This document shows, in pieces, positions 38,431 through 53,749 of a stretch of DNA of 64,000 nucleotides (the stretch's first letter is position 1; the number at the start of each line of letters is the position of its first letter). A program made the translations under genes and the position numbers. A model generated the notes under the pieces. The model made no database searches. It was not told the origin of the DNA and saw only the letters and a program-made list of their open reading frames with translations. The stretch is taken from NCBI GenBank assembly GCA_951406725.2, contig OX597814.1, positions 128,030,001 to 128,094,000 on the forward strand, in the 5' to 3' direction. This DNA comes from Octopus vulgaris (Eukaryota).

Positions 38431-39246
38431 CAAGGTGCTGTGAATAAACTGTTGTCTAAATTACGCAAAAATGAAAATAATACTGACACCCCATTTTAAC
38501 ATATATATCAACCAAAATTACATGAAAATATCTTGAAATACTAAAGAGTAAGTTTACTCAATAAAATCCCAGATGATTTGGGAATCTTCTGCAAGTTTTC
38601 TGGGTGGTCTCCTTGTTTAAATTGGTGAATACTGTCATAATCCTTGCCTTCAGTTCATCTTTGGTGTTACAATGTGTTTTGTTGGTCTCTTGTTCAACTG
38701 CACCCCACACATAATAATCATAAGGGTTGCAGTCTGGGGAATTAGGTGACCAGATATTAGGGCTGATGTAGTTGCAGAAATGGTGCAGAGTCCTGTTGCC
38801 AGACACAGTGTTCTGCAGCAGCCACCCTCTTGACCCAGTGCAGCTCTACCTACTCCATGCACTTGATGTAGGCCTCCCTCCATGTTGAGTGGGAGGCTGT
38901 GTAGGAAGATGAATGGAGGCATAATGTCACCAGCACAAGTGATCACCCTAAACACCATGATGGATGTTTGATTTTTATCAGTCTTGGTACATGTTTTGGG
39001 GACATAGCAAGCCAATGGTTGTTCAATGCGTTTACCATCTGTTTGTATTGGAGCCTTTGGTATAAATGGCAAGCAGTACAGCATGTCGTTTCCAAATTTT
39101 TGGCTGAGTGAACTGCATCATGGTGCTGTTTTTCTCACAGACGGTGCCCATCTCACCCTACCTTGTGTAGTTGACAAAATGAAAAAAAAAACAATGTGCA
39201 TGCATGAAATTAAAAATATAAAATGATGACAATTTACCCATCGCAT

Positions 39247-39249
<3 letters not shown>
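38431..39249 (-). mobile_element. Degenerate maT/DD37D-like Tc1/mariner element
   Basis: Imperfect ~26-bp TIRs in TA tracts; VWQQDSAP and IWSPNSPDCNPYDYYVWG motifs. Confidence 0.75.
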
Positions 39250-39326
<77 letters not shown>

Positions 39327-39339
39327 TAGAAATAGAAAT

Positions 39340-39796
39340 ATTATAATAATAATAGTAGGGAATATAATTCCAAACTTATAGGGAAAAATTCAATTTAGCA
39401 ATTTTAAATCAAATTTCACAATTATGATATATGTATATAATTTAGAGAAAAATCTCTATTAAACAATTCAATAATTAAAGATGTTATTCACACCATATAG
39501 AAAACATATACTATAAAAACCTTATTCTAAAAATCAATAAAGTACAAAAACAATAAATAGTAAATAGTAGTAAAAAGACTACACATGTTTCGTGGCTATA
39601 TTTTCAAATAGATAATAATAATAAAATCTATATTTTTAAATAGAATTAATTTTAGATCGATTTAATTTTAAATCGAATAGATTTTATTATCATTATCTAT
39701 TTGGAAATATAGCCACGAAATGTGCGTAGTTTTTTTACTACTATTTACTATTTATTGTTTTTGTACTTTATTGATTTTTAGAATAAGGTTTTTATA
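39340..39796. mobile_element. Palindromic TA-inserted element (tail plus hairpin) carrying HHR 3' halves
   Basis: Arms about 39514-39630 and 39677-39796. Tail 39345-39410 resembles the reverse complement of 60472-60540. Confidence 0.7.
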
Positions 39797-40664
39797 CTCT
39801 TTTACTCTTTTACTTTTTTACTTGTTCCAGTTATGTGACTGTGGCCATGCTGGAGCACCGCCTTTAGTCGAGCAAATCGACCCCAGGACTTATTCTTGTA
39901 CGCCTAGTGCTTATTCTATCGGTCTCTTTTGCCGAACCGCTAAGTTACGGGGACGTAAACACACCAGCATCGGTTGTCAAACGATTTTGCGGGGACAAAG
40001 ACAGATACACAAACATATACACAAACATATACACACACAAACATACATATATATATATATCATCATCATCGTTTAACGTCCGCTTTCCATGCTAGCATGG
40101 GTTGGACGATTTTGACTGAGGGCTGGCAAACCAGATGGCTGCACCAGGCTCCAATCTTGATCTGGCAGAGTTTCTACAGCTGGATGCCCTTCCTAACGCC
40201 AACCACCCCGAGAGTGTAGTGGGTGTATTTTACGTGCCACCGGCACGGGAGCCAGTCAGGTGGTACTGGCAATGACCTCGCTCGAATCCTTTTACACATA
40301 CCACCAGCACAGGTGCCAGTGAAGCGACGCTGGTAACGATCACGCTCGAACGGTGCCCTTTTACGTGGATATTGATAAATAGTCAGCTCATTTGAAAACT
40401 AATCCCTCCACATATCTACCTACCTACATATCACCATTTAATGTCTATTTTCCCTGCTGGCATGGGTGGCATGGTTTGGCAGGAGCATGCAAGTCAACAG
40501 ACTGCACCATGCTCCATTATCTGCTTTGGCATGGTTTCTATGGCTGGACAATCCTCCTAATGGCAACCACTTTACAGAATATACAGGTTGCCTTTTGCAT
40601 GGCAAGATTGCAAAAGGAGAATGAGTGTTTGTTACGAGGATATGTTGTGGGGAAGGGATTCAAC

Positions 40665-40715
<51 letters not shown>

Positions 40716-41058
40716 TATATGATGGGCTTCTTTCAGTTTACGTCTACCAAATCCACTCACAAGGCTTTGGTTGGCCCGAGGCTATAGTAGAAGACACTGA
40801 CCCAAGGTGCCATGCAGTGGGACTGAACCCAGAACCACGTGGCTCGTAAGCAAGCTACTTACCACACAGCCACTCCTACACCTATATGGTGTGAATAACA
40901 TCTTTAATTATTGAATTGTTTTATAGAGGTTTTTCTCTAAACAGAGAAAATTCATATGTGTACACATATGTACATCTAATGGTATGGAACATAAGTGATA
41001 AAATAAGCAGTGGGGACAAAGCCCTGATCATCATCATCATCATCATCACCATCACCAT

Positions 41059-41089
<31 letters not shown>

Positions 41090-41309
41090 TTCATCATCAT
41101 CACCACAGAAATTGCAGCTGTTATATTCTAATTTTGAGCATGGCGCTCATTTCTATTTGACTTATAAAATATCACACTTCGTTAAATCATCATTCTATAA
41201 TGGTAGACTAATTGTAAAGAAAATAAATATCAGTGAACTCATTTCACATTCATGTGTCAGTATGATTTTCTCATTAGAAAGAATTCATTAATTATATTAT
41301 TTCTTTCAG

Positions 41310-41524
41310 AGGTCAGCCCCAATTTTGATCTGGTGTTTCAACATGAAGCCATAACAAATTATGTTCAGGTTTGGTTTTTCCCTAACCCTGTAGAGATCAC
41401 CATCACTTTTTGGATGAGAACTTCTGATGTTTCTAGTTTGGGAACAATGGTTTCCTATAAGAAGGAAAGCAACGATATCTTCAACCCTGATAACTTTGCA
41501 CTTTATGACTATGGAAGTTTGCAG
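41310..41524 (+). CDS. SVEP1: SVEP1-like exon: pentraxin domain, N-terminal part
   Basis: tttcag|AG ... CAG|gtaaag (phase 1-0); EVSPNFDLVF...EITITFWMRTSD..GTMVSY...FALYDYGSLQ. Confidence 0.9.
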
Positions 41525-44500
41525 GTAAAGTCAGTTTATTTTATGGTTTTGGACGTTTCCTTTTAAAATGTTATTCTTTTTATTATTATTAAATCTCTTC
41601 ACAGGAAGACATGACGACTTTGTTTTAGCAAGAAAAACTCCTCTTTGAAATAAGCTTAGTAAAGATCAAAGAAGAAGAAGAAGAGAGAGAGAAAGAGGGA
41701 GAGTATTTGCAATAGAAAGTGGGGTAAAAGAACACTGGAAAGGAAAAAAAAAACCCAAAGAAGATAGTTTTTTGGGGTAGTGGGGGGAAAGGTGTTTGAG
41801 TGGATTTGGTAGACAGAAACCAGGCCCATGCATGGCTGCATGGCGTGGAGTTTACCTTCCAGCCATATGGCTCTGTGTTCAATCCCATTGTGTGACACTT
41901 TGGGTAAGTGTCTTCTATGGCTCTTGGCTGACCAAAATCTTGTAAGTGGGTTTCATAGATGGAAACTGAAAGAAGCCCATCATGTATGTGTGTGTATGTG
42001 TGTGTGCGTATGCACATCTGTGTGTATGTAAGTGTTACTGTCTCCTTGCCTTGACATCATGTGATTGTTGTAAACAAAGGTTCCTGTTATACAAGCAGTA
42101 TCCCTCATTCCTAACCTTCCAATAGAAACATTTCTGGTAATGTGAAAATATTACCCTCTGTGGAAAGCAGGTGAGGGTTGGTGACAGAAAAGGCATCAAG
42201 CCATAAAAAATCTACCACAACAGAATTCCATCTGAGCCATGCAAGCATGGAAAAGTGGATGTAAAAATGATGGGAATGATGATGATGATGATAATGCTTG
42301 CAGAAGGAGGAAAGGTACTACTTAGAGAATTTCCAAGTAAATATGGTGAGAGAACCTTTTATACAGAGAAAGATGCATAGTATAGTTTGTTCTTATTTCT
42401 TTATTGCCCACAAGGGGCTAAACATAGAGGGGACAAACAAGGACAGACAAAGGAACATCAACCCTAGTGCGTAACTAGTACTTAATTTATCGACCCCGAA
42501 AGGACGAAAGGTGAAGTCAACCTCAGCGGAATTTGAACTCAGAACGTAATGGTAGATTGTTCCTTCTTGAGCCACGCCTGGCTCTTAGGTGCCAGTTTCC
42601 CGGTTTCCTTTGCGTATAGGTTCCCCACCTGGATGGGATGCCGGTCTGACACAGATGAGCTGCAAGATGCAGGAGGGAAGAGTGAGAGAAAGTTGTGGTG
42701 AAAGAGTCAGCAGAAGTTCGCCATTACCTTCTGCTGGAGTCGTGTGGAGCTTAGGTGTTTCGTTCATAAACACACACATCGCCTGGTCTTAGATTCAAAC
42801 CCGCGATCCCTCAACTGCAAGTCCGCTGCTCTAACCACTAGGCCATGCGCCTCCATAGTAGATGAAATACCTCTAAGCATTTCGCCCAGCGTGCTAACGT
42901 TTCTGCCAGCTCGCTGCCTTGTTTGTTCTAATAGAGTACCCACATTTGAGTGGGGATAGATAATATCTCATGGTATCAATACTGCTTCTGTCTCTAATGT
43001 ATATTCTTTAACAAGCTAACTGGCTAATCATGACACCAGTACCTGTTCTGGCACTGTCAATCTATATATTTGTGGCAGGGAGATGAATCACTGTTACCTC
43101 TAATGTTCAAATGTCCATCATTACACTAGGGGTGGTTTACCTCGAGTAGCACTTTTCATCCTGTTGTAGGCAACTACTGTAGGTAATATGTGTTTTTTGT
43201 GGGGACCAGGGGTAGCAAACAGAAGGGCCACCCCAGGCAGCACATACTCTAGTGCATCATTGACAAAACCAAACAAGGTTGAAATCATATCATCTGGTGG
43301 TCTCGGTACTGGAAATAGTGGGGATTGGTCCCCCTGCTAGCGATATGAACAAGAATGTATTTTGCATCAAAAAGCTAATATGAATGTTTCTCTCATGTTA
43401 ACTACAGCAGTGTGGAGGTGCAATGGCCCAGTGGTTAGGGCAGTGGACCTGCGGTTGGAAGAACGCAGTTTCGATTCCCAGATCGGGCATTGTGAGTGTT
43501 TATTGAGCAAAAATACCTAAGCTCCACAAGGCTCCGGCAGGAGGGTGAACCCCGTTGTACTCTTTTACCACAACTTTCATTCTTTCTTCCTACTTCTGCT
43601 ACAAAGCAGAGGAACCATGGTGTAACCCACTATGGTATGGTAAACTTTCAGACCCTAGTCTAGATTGTGAATTCTCTGAACCCCAGGATGGTTCAGCTCT
43701 CCACTCATTAAAAGCCACCATTTACGGAATGAGGATAACAACGTAGCTTTCGCGCCCGTGTAACCACCAGTCTATAGTGTGTGGTGGGTGGATCTTCAAG
43801 TTGCCACACGCATTCTTAGTAGCTTAGAATAGGCTTGAATTAGAGATTATTCTTTGTGGCTAATGGCGTGAGTCCTGATTGGAAGAGAAGAAAAAGAAGA
43901 CTACAGCAGTATAGTTTGTTCAAATAGGACATTCATATTGAAGTGAGGATAAATATTGCCTCTTTTATAATTAATACTGAGGAAGAAAAGAAATGATACT
44001 GTGTAGAGGAAGGGGTTGGAATGGAGGAAATGATGAACTACAGAGGAAAGAATTCAGTCAAAGTGTGTAACCATGAAGAATAATGTGAAAGTATTTGGGG
44101 AAACAATATGTTCCTATAGCCTGGTGTAACAATATACTGTTTCACTGAACAAAAACATACATTGAAGTAGATTTCTTCCTCTTTCCTTTTCTTCTTTCTT
44201 CTTCCATTTTTTTTAGAAATAAAATATATATTTCTATATTTGTATGGATTTGGACTTTGTAGGTGGATGTCTTTGTGTAAAAGTATGCTTGTGTGAGATT
44301 TTATGTCTTCTTAGATGTGTGCATGAATTAGTGTGTGTATTTTTGCATGTATATATTTGAATGTGTGTGTGTGTGTGTGTGTGTATGTGTGTGTGTATGT
44401 GTGTGTGTGATTTTGTGTACAAGCATAAAAGTATGCTTGCTTGAGTTTGTATATGTATTTGTATATGTGTTTGTTGATGTATGTGTTAGTGTGTCTACAT

Positions 44501-45334
44501 GTGCATATGTGTAGTTGAGTGATGAGGGGTGAATATGCATTTGTGTGTATGGGAGAGAGTGAAAGAGACTGATAGACAGCCGAAGAGTGACAGGGAGAGA
44601 AGGAACAAATAAAAGTCTTAACACAATGACAAAAATGTAAAAAAGAGTAGGTATGAAGATGGAGGTTGTATGGAGGGGAGGTTTGGAGGTTCGTAGGAAA
44701 GGGGTTATCAAATAGATGGCAAGATGGCAGAGAAAAGAGAGAGGGTTGGGCAAAAAGCAGGCAGAGGGGTGAAGGGTCCTGAAACAAAGAGACTTAAACA
44801 GGATAACAAAGTCAACTGCAGTGAGGTGGTGAGGGGGAAGTGCCACTAGGATCGGTCAGAACAATGAATTATTTAGTAAAAGTTCATAGGAGAAAGTTAA
44901 AAGGTTTGGTAAGGAATTGTGGAATGTTAGGATTGGTAGAGACTGTGTAGTATGATGGAGAGTTGGGAGGTGGGAACACAGCCACTTCCACCATTATTCA
45001 CCAATATCTACAAAGTATAGGTGCTATATTTACAAGAACTGAGTGTAGGTCTATATGCATGCATGGGAATACAACATCTACGCACTGTACATCTAATTAC
45101 GTATTTACAAACACACACATAGATATATTTACATACTTGAATGCATACATTCATACATAAACATACACATACAGACAGAAGCATATGTGTAATGACTAAC
45201 ACATCATCATCATCATCATCCTCATCACCACCATCATCATTCTCATCATCATTGTCATCATCATCATCATCATCATACCCATCATCATCATCATTGTCAT
45301 CATTGTCATCATCATCATTGTTGAAATCACCACC

Positions 45335-45368
<34 letters not shown>

Positions 45369-46034
45369 CTATTATTTTGTTACATCCACTTTCCATGCTG
45401 GCCTAGGTTGAACTGGTCGGCATGGTCTGAGCCAGTTCTTATTTGGAGTTACTGCCCTCCTCGATGGGTCAGAGAACCATATCCATCATACTGCCACTAA
45501 CTTGAATGGTTGGTCCTCCTGCTGGGCTTACATGAGTAGACCCCACTTCTCCTTTGCATTCACTTCATTCAACAACCTCTCATGAGAGAGCTACTATCAC
45601 TCTGCACACATACTTCTTCCCAAAGACATCTTAATTTTCTCTCTCACACAGCTTTGCAACCTGTAATGCCTATTTCTTTACTGCCCACAAGGAGCTAAAT
45701 GCAGAGAGGACAAACAAGGACAGACAAACGGATTAAGTCGATTACATCGACCCCAGTGCGTAATTGGTACTTTATTTATTGACCCCCGAAAAGATGAAAA
45801 GCAAAGTTGACCTCGGCGGAATTTGAACTCAGAATATAATTGCAGATGAAATACGGCTACGCACTTCACCCGGCGTGCTAACGTTTCTGACAGCTCGCCG
45901 CCTTACAGCTTTGCAACCTGTAATACCTCTGATGCTTGCATCTTAAAACACATTAGCAAACTTCTTACATCTGATTTTTTCCCCTTGTAATCAATTGCAC
46001 AAGCATGCTTTGGCTTGCTGACATGCCAAAGCAA

Positions 46035-46505
46035 ACACTGAAACTTGGAGCAGCCTTCTTGTTCATTGAAACTCTGACGTCTGGCAGCTGATTTGGCAGA
46101 CATCCATAAAATTATTAACCATCTTACTAACAATAACTCTGAGCACCTTTTCAAACTCCACCTGTCTAACACCTGTGAACATGTTTACAAAGTCAGAAAA
46201 CAGCACAGCTCCCATGACTTTCGGAAGCATTTTTTCACGCTAAGAGTTGCTGAAGTATGGAACAAACTGCCGGCATCAGTCATTAGTTGTCGGAGCACTG
46301 CATTCTTCAAAACTTTCATGCTTCCTGAGATTCACCAACACTACACCTGATTTTCTCCCCTCCATACACACGCAAGCATGTATCTGACTCATACACTGTT
46401 CACTTCCCAGACATTTGTAAATTACTGCATATGCTCTATATGCACTTTTGACAAGTTGTCGTGCACCTGAGCACTGTATACAATAATTTCATTATTATTA
46501 TTATT
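46035..46505 (+). mobile_element. CR1/L2-clade LINE 3' fragment
   Basis: DLADIHKII...RKHFFTLRVAEVWNKLPASV...FK; (ATT)n tail. Confidence 0.85.
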
Positions 46506-47547
46506 TATCAGCACCTGTTGTGCCAATACTACCATACTAGCATGAAAAACAAGCACTGACCCTTTAGCATTTAAACCAGCCATAACCGGCCAAAATATTC
46601 CACCTGTTTTATATTTGAACTCGCAAGACCTGGCTTCTCACACCAACCCTACAATATCACTCTGAACAATGATTAACAAAAAGGCGCGGGAGTGGCTGTG
46701 TGGTAAGAAGCTTGCTATAGGTGCAGGAGTGGCGGTGTGGTGAGAAGATTGCTTCACTACCACATGGTTCTGGGTTCAGTCCCACTGCATGGCACCTAGG
46801 GTAAGTGTCTTCTACTATAGCCTTGGGCCGATCAAAGCCTTGTGAGTGGATTTGCTAGACGGAAACTGAAAGAAGTCCGTTGTATATATGTGTATATATA
46901 TTTACAGTATTTACGTAATGTGTATTTAGACTTTTAAAACCCTCCCTGTACTGTTAACAACCCACCCCTTACAGTAGTCTATTAATAACAAGGACAACTG
47001 TTAAGCAAAAACACTTTAGATTTAAAAAAATAAAGATTGTTACTGTACTCAACACGAAAGAAGTTGAAGTAAAATTTGAATGATGATGGCGGTGCCCTTT
47101 CCTGGGACACCTCTTCCACTTCTTCCGAAGGTGCAACCGTAGTAGTAGCAGCAGTAGAAGACACTTGCCCAAGACATGTGGAAATTCAGTTATCGCGGCT
47201 GGTCTCGGAACCAATCTACCACGATAAACAAGGGATCATTGTAACTTTGAATAAAAACTGATATGGGGACAGAATGAACTCTTTTGTTTGGTTGCAGACA
47301 AATATTCTAATGCCAATGGTATTATGATAGAATCTCAGCCTGTTGTAAGGTGGATAGTAATGGAGAAAAGTAGTCAGTTGTTCAAACCATGAAAGAAAAA
47401 AAAAATCAAATCAACAACAACAATATTGGCAGCTTCCTTTATTGATACATGTGTCAGGTGAGGGAGGATTGTGACAATTGGTGAGACACAGTGATATCTG
47501 ATCCACCTTTACTGAAACTGTGTGTGTGTGAGATGTGATGATGATTG

Positions 47548-47606
<59 letters not shown>

Positions 47607-48137
47607 GTGATGTGGTGGTGGTGGTGGTGGTGGTGGTGGTGGTGTAGTGGTGGTAGTGGTAGAGGTAATGGTAATAGTACTGGTGGTGGTGATGAGATGA
47701 TGATGTAACAAATAAAATAATTTAGCCTGCACTTTAAAACAACCTGGGTAATTTACAACAGTTTATAATTGTATGTTTTTTCATATAAATTTGTACAATA
47801 AAGTAGATATAGATCTTAAGATAAAACCTGTTGCAAGCATTGGATATAAATACATAGACAACGACACACAATACATCTGTACTTACTATATACACACACA
47901 TATACATACACACATTCTTACTTGTATATACATAGACATATACATGTGCATCTATGTATATAAGTATGTATGAGTATTTAGATACATATATACATATAGA
48001 TATGAATGTATACATATATTTATATATACACACACACCTATATATACAAATACATATATCTATATGTATACATATATAGATATGTGTGTGTGTATGTGTG
48101 TACCTACCTACATACATATATATATATGTACACACAT

Positions 48138-48171
<34 letters not shown>

Positions 48172-48310
48172 TTATAGATATATATATATATATATATATA
48201 TATAATTGTATGTTTTTTAATATAAATTTGTACAATAAAGTAGATATAGATCTTAAGATAAAACCTGTTGCAAGCATTGGATATAAATACATAGACAACG
48301 ACACACAATA

Positions 48311-48375
<65 letters not shown>

Positions 48376-48785
48376 TACATATGTATATATATATATTTAT
48401 CTTTACTCTTTACTCTTTTACTTGTTTCAGTCATTTGACTGCGGCCATGCTAGGGCACCGCCTTTAGTCGAGCAAACCAACCCCAGGACTTTGTAAGCCT
48501 AGTACTTATTCTATTGGTCTCTTTTGCTGAACCGCTAAGTTACGGAGACAGGAACACACCAGCATCGGTTGTCAAGCAATGTTGGGAGGACAAACACAGA
48601 CAGACATATATATATACATATACACGACAGGCTTCTTTCAGTTTCCATCTACCGAATCCACTCACAAGGCTTTGGTCGGCCTGAGGCTATAGTAGAAGAC
48701 ACTTGCCCAAAGTGCCATGCAGCGGGACTGAACCCGAAACCATGTGGTTGGTAAGCAAGCTCCTTACCACACTGCCACTCCTGTG

Positions 48786-48839
<54 letters not shown>

Positions 48840-48870
48840 TATTTATATAAATATATATAGATATATATAA

Positions 48871-49038
<168 letters not shown>

Positions 49039-51191
49039 TGGACTGGAGCCTGGTGCAGCCATCTGGTTCGCCAGCCAACAGTCAAACCGTCCAACCCATG
49101 GAAAGTGGATGTTAAACGATGATGATGATGATGATATATATATATGTATATATATATAGGTGTACATATATGCTATATATATTCAAGTGCCTCTAATATT
49201 TTTTGCATATTCCAGGGAAACTTAAAAGCTCCAGATAGTTGCAAATTAATTTTGACATTTTGTAAACAGACAAAGTAAGCATAATTAAGTCAGAAAAGTT
49301 TCGAGTAAAACAGAGACTCACTCTGCTTGACCTTGGTTAATTATCTCAGATGTGGAATGTTGAACCCAAAGGTCACATCAGTTACTGATACCTACAATAT
49401 AACTCCAAAGAAATGTAAATTACTATTTGCCAATGTAACCTCTTGGTTCTGTGTTTAGACTGGATATCATTGTTATAACATTGCTTTCTTTAACTACTTA
49501 TCAGAATTACCTATACATATATAGGTCTCATATAGGCACAGGAATGGCTGTGTAGTAAGTAGCTTGCTTACGAACCACATGGTTCCGGGTTCAATCCCAC
49601 TGCATGGCACCTTGAGCAAGTGTCTTCTACTATAGCCTCGGGCCAACCAAAGCCTTGTGAGTGGATTTGGTAGATGGAAACTGAAAGATGCCTGTCATAT
49701 ATATGTATATGCATATATATGTATGTGTGTTTGTGTATCTATGTTTGTCCCCCTAACATTGCTTGACAACCGATGCTGGTGTGTTTATGTCCCCGTAACT
49801 TAGCAGTTCAGCAAAAGGGACCAATAGAATAAGTACTAGGCTTACAAAGAATAAGTCCTGGGGTCAATTTGCTCGACTAAAGGCGGTGCTCCAGCATGGC
49901 TGCAGTCAAATGACAGAAACAAACAAAAGAGTAAAAGAGTATATACATGTATGTGTGTGTGTGTGAGTGTGTGTGTGTGTATGTGTGCATGTGCATGTGC
50001 ATGTGTGTGTATGTATGTATATTCAGTGCCATATCCAGACTAAAATATTTATTTCTTTATTGCCCACATGGGGCTAAACACAGAGGGGACAAACAAAGGG
50101 ATTAAGTCGATTGCATTGACCCCAGTGCGTAACTGGTATGTATTTTTTATCGACCCTGAAAGGATAAAAGGTAAAGTCGACCATGGTGAAATTTGAACTC
50201 AGAACGTAACAACAGACGGAATACCTATTTCTTTACTACCCACATGGGGCTAAACACAGAGAGGACAAACAAGGACAGACAAATGGGTTGAGTCGATTAT
50301 ATCGTCCCCAGTGCATAACTGGTACTTATTTAATTGACCCCGAAAGGATGAAAGGCAAAGTCGACCTTGGCGGAATTTGAACTCAGAATGTAGCGGCAGA
50401 CGAAATACCTATTTCTTTACTACCCACAAGGGGCTAAACACAGAGAGGACAAACAAGGACAGACAAATGGATTAAGTCAATTATATCGACCCCAGTGCAT
50501 AACTGGTACTTATTTAATTGACCCCGAAAGGATGAAAGGGAAAGTCGACCTCGGTGGAATTTGAACTCAGAACGTAGCGGCAGATGAAATACTGCTTAGC
50601 ATTTCACCAAGCATGCTAGCGTTTCTGCCAGCTCGCCACCCTAGAGGAGGCGAAGACCAACAAAAACCAAACCAAGTTAACAGTTACAAACAGTTCTATG
50701 CATTGTCCCAATGATGAAAAGGGGAAGGGGAGGGTATGTCAGAAAGGTATATATCTATACTTGCAGATCTGATTTACTATATTATACAGCAAAGGTTCTC
50801 AACCCATTTTGGCCAAATGCTCCCTTTTGACCCTCTGCTCAAAATATTTTTATTTTGTTATCAGCAGATGATGATTGAAAAATAAAGGACGTAGTTTTAC
50901 ATATGTGCTTGTATGCAATCAAGCAGTACAAATGTACAAATTGAAATGCAAAGAATCGAAATAGTAAATGGTCTTATGAATGAAAGTTTGGTAATTGCAT
51001 TTATTTCCACCACACGACACTTATGAGATCAACGTGTTGTCTATCAAAAGACTGCTATTTGGTACAAGAAAATGCTGATGAAATCATTTCAAACCTTCCC
51101 AATTTCCGTTATCAAAACAGCTAGAACTTTGTGCAACAATCTGACATATAAACTATTGTCACCAAGGAAGATTTTTGGCTTTGTTTTCATT

Positions 51192-51795
51192 TTTTTTTGG
51201 TTCTCATGTTGGAGTAACCAGTAAACATTAAAGAATCAACACCAAGAAAGAAGAAATATTATTTACATATATTTATTCATTTGCCTGACATGTAGTTAGA
51301 GATACAGCAATAATTGTAGTGGCAGTGACAACAAGTAATTGATAGTGTCGAAGTTACTGTCTGCCAGTAGAAAGAGAAAGAGCAAGGAATGCACAGTGCT
51401 GATTAGAAAGGAAGAAAGGATAAAGGATAAAGGTGACATCATCTTTCTTGCGGCTGAAAGTTTTTCTTTTGTGTCAACTATGACCAAGGAGCAACACTTT
51501 TCCTTCACCCTTCACCCTTCATTCGAGAAGAAAGATGATTCCATCTTTATCCTTTCATCCTTTCTAGACAGCTCCGTGCATTCCTTACTCTTTCCCTCTC
51601 TACTGGCAGACAGTAACTTCTACACTATCAACTACCAACCAGCAAGCAAACTTGTTGTCACTGCCACTACAGTTACTGCTGTATCTCTAACTACATGTCG
51701 GGCAAACGAATAAATATATGTAAATAATATTTCTTCCTTCTTGGTGTTGATTCTTCAATGTTTACTGGTTGCTCTGATGTGAGAACCAAAAATAA
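51192..51795. mobile_element. Foldback/MITE-like element with ~250-bp inverted arms
   Basis: TTTTTGGTTCTCA...(51192-51450) is mirrored by (51528-51795)...TGAGAACCAAAAA. Confidence 0.78.
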
Positions 51796-53160
51796 AAGGA
51801 AACGTGTAATATGCAGCACAAGCAGTAAACAAAAATGAAATAGAACAGAGTGGTGACATTTAATAGAGATGACCCAGAAGTTGTTGCTCTTTGAATACTA
51901 TCACAAACAGCGGTAGCTTTCTTCAGCTGAATACATGTCATTGATTGATTAATTTTACCCAAATATGACAACTTTAACATGAAATAACTTCTAAAATACG
52001 AAATTCTGTCAAAAATGTTGAAAGTAAACCATGTTCAGCATGAGAAATTAAACCAGTATACAAAATTTCAAACTGTTCAGTTAAAAAAACAATAATTTTA
52101 AAATCTGTGAGAAAAACTGAAGAGATCCCATCTTTGTAATTTGCCTAATACAGTAAACCTCTCACTGTTATTTGGCATTTATCTTGATGATTCTGACTGG
52201 GAAATATCATGGAAAACATATAGGAAATGAAAACTCCTTATGTGTTTTCTATTAAATAGATTTTCTATTAAATAAAAAAGTCATCCAATTAATAAAATAT
52301 CAATTAACTTTCTAAGGGACTACCCAAGGAACACCCCAGTAAATTTTTCTAACATTAAAGTTTCAGAGAAGTAATTTGTTCAAAGAATGGTTAACAATTG
52401 CTGAATCAGCACAAGTTAAACAAACTTGATAGAGGACCAAGCCGGGTATTAGCATAAAAATCTGGTCCCATTTGGGCCAATATTTTGAGAGTAGTCATTT
52501 GTAGAAAAAGTTGATGAACAAACAGACAATGGATGGGTCAGTAATAGACAAGCTCAGCTGACAAAAGGCCACAGAGGAGGAACAGTTCAGGTTTTACAGG
52601 GAACAATTTGTTTTACCCCTTTTCAGTATATTAAGGATACTTACATGTTTGATGGTACTTGTTTGAAATAATCGCTCAATTTTGCACATTTACAAGGAGG
52701 ATCCTTCCAAGTGTACATCCTGTTAAGTGTGATGTTGAGCAAATGGTTGCACTAAATACACCAGTTACCAATCCAAAGCCTCTCTTCCTCACCCTACTAT
52801 GAGGAGTGTGATCTCACAGGCATTCAAAAATAGCTCCACCAAGAAATGGCAGGAATTCCCAGGCAGGCAGATAGTCAAGTCTAAAAACAGCCCACAGCCA
52901 GATGGCCAAAATAGTTGGGGCAGAGAGTGTGAGAGAACATTCAATAAGTAGTCACTTTACATGCTTTAACTACCACTGTGAGAGGTCATTCATTATATTA
53001 GCCTAAAACTTTATTGTGAACTCCTTTTCATAAAATCAAAATAATACAAAAACAAAATATTTTAATATCTCATGATTTTCAAAACTAGGTTCACTTTTAT
53101 CATCAGTTAAGGAAAATCAGAGGAGGCAACTGCCTCCTCTGCCTCAGCCTGGCTACGGCC

Positions 53161-53243
<83 letters not shown>

Positions 53244-53335
53244 GTATGTCTGTGTGTGTGTGTATATCATCATCATCATCATTTAGCATCTGCTTTCCAT
53301 GCTAGCATGGGTTATATATATATTTGTGTGTGTGT

Positions 53336-53389
<54 letters not shown>

Positions 53390-53749
53390 ATGTATGTATG
53401 TGTGTATATATGTCTGTATTTATATATATATAAAATATGAATTAGAGATAAAACCACTATGATGCAACTCAAACAGTGTAGACATAAACCAATACATAAA
53501 AACAAATAATATATATAATTAATATAATATATATGGAGGCGCAATGGCCTAGTGGTTAGGGCAGCGGACTTGCGGTCGGAGGATCGCGGTTTCGATTCCC
53601 AGACCGGGCGTTGTGTGTGTTTATTGAGCGAAAAAACACCTAAAAGCTCCACGAGGCTCCGGCAGGAGGTGGTGATCCCTGCTGTACTCTTTCACCACTC
53701 TAAAGGCGGTGCTCCAGCATGGCCGCAGTCAAATGACTGAAACAAGTAC

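Noticed and set aside
43600-43960. CpG-retaining block, possibly an LTR fragment
   Set aside because: No termini, TSD or second copy visible.
53535-53610. tRNA-like sequence
   Set aside because: It is the head of a multi-copy SINE with no proper acceptor stem, not a tRNA gene.
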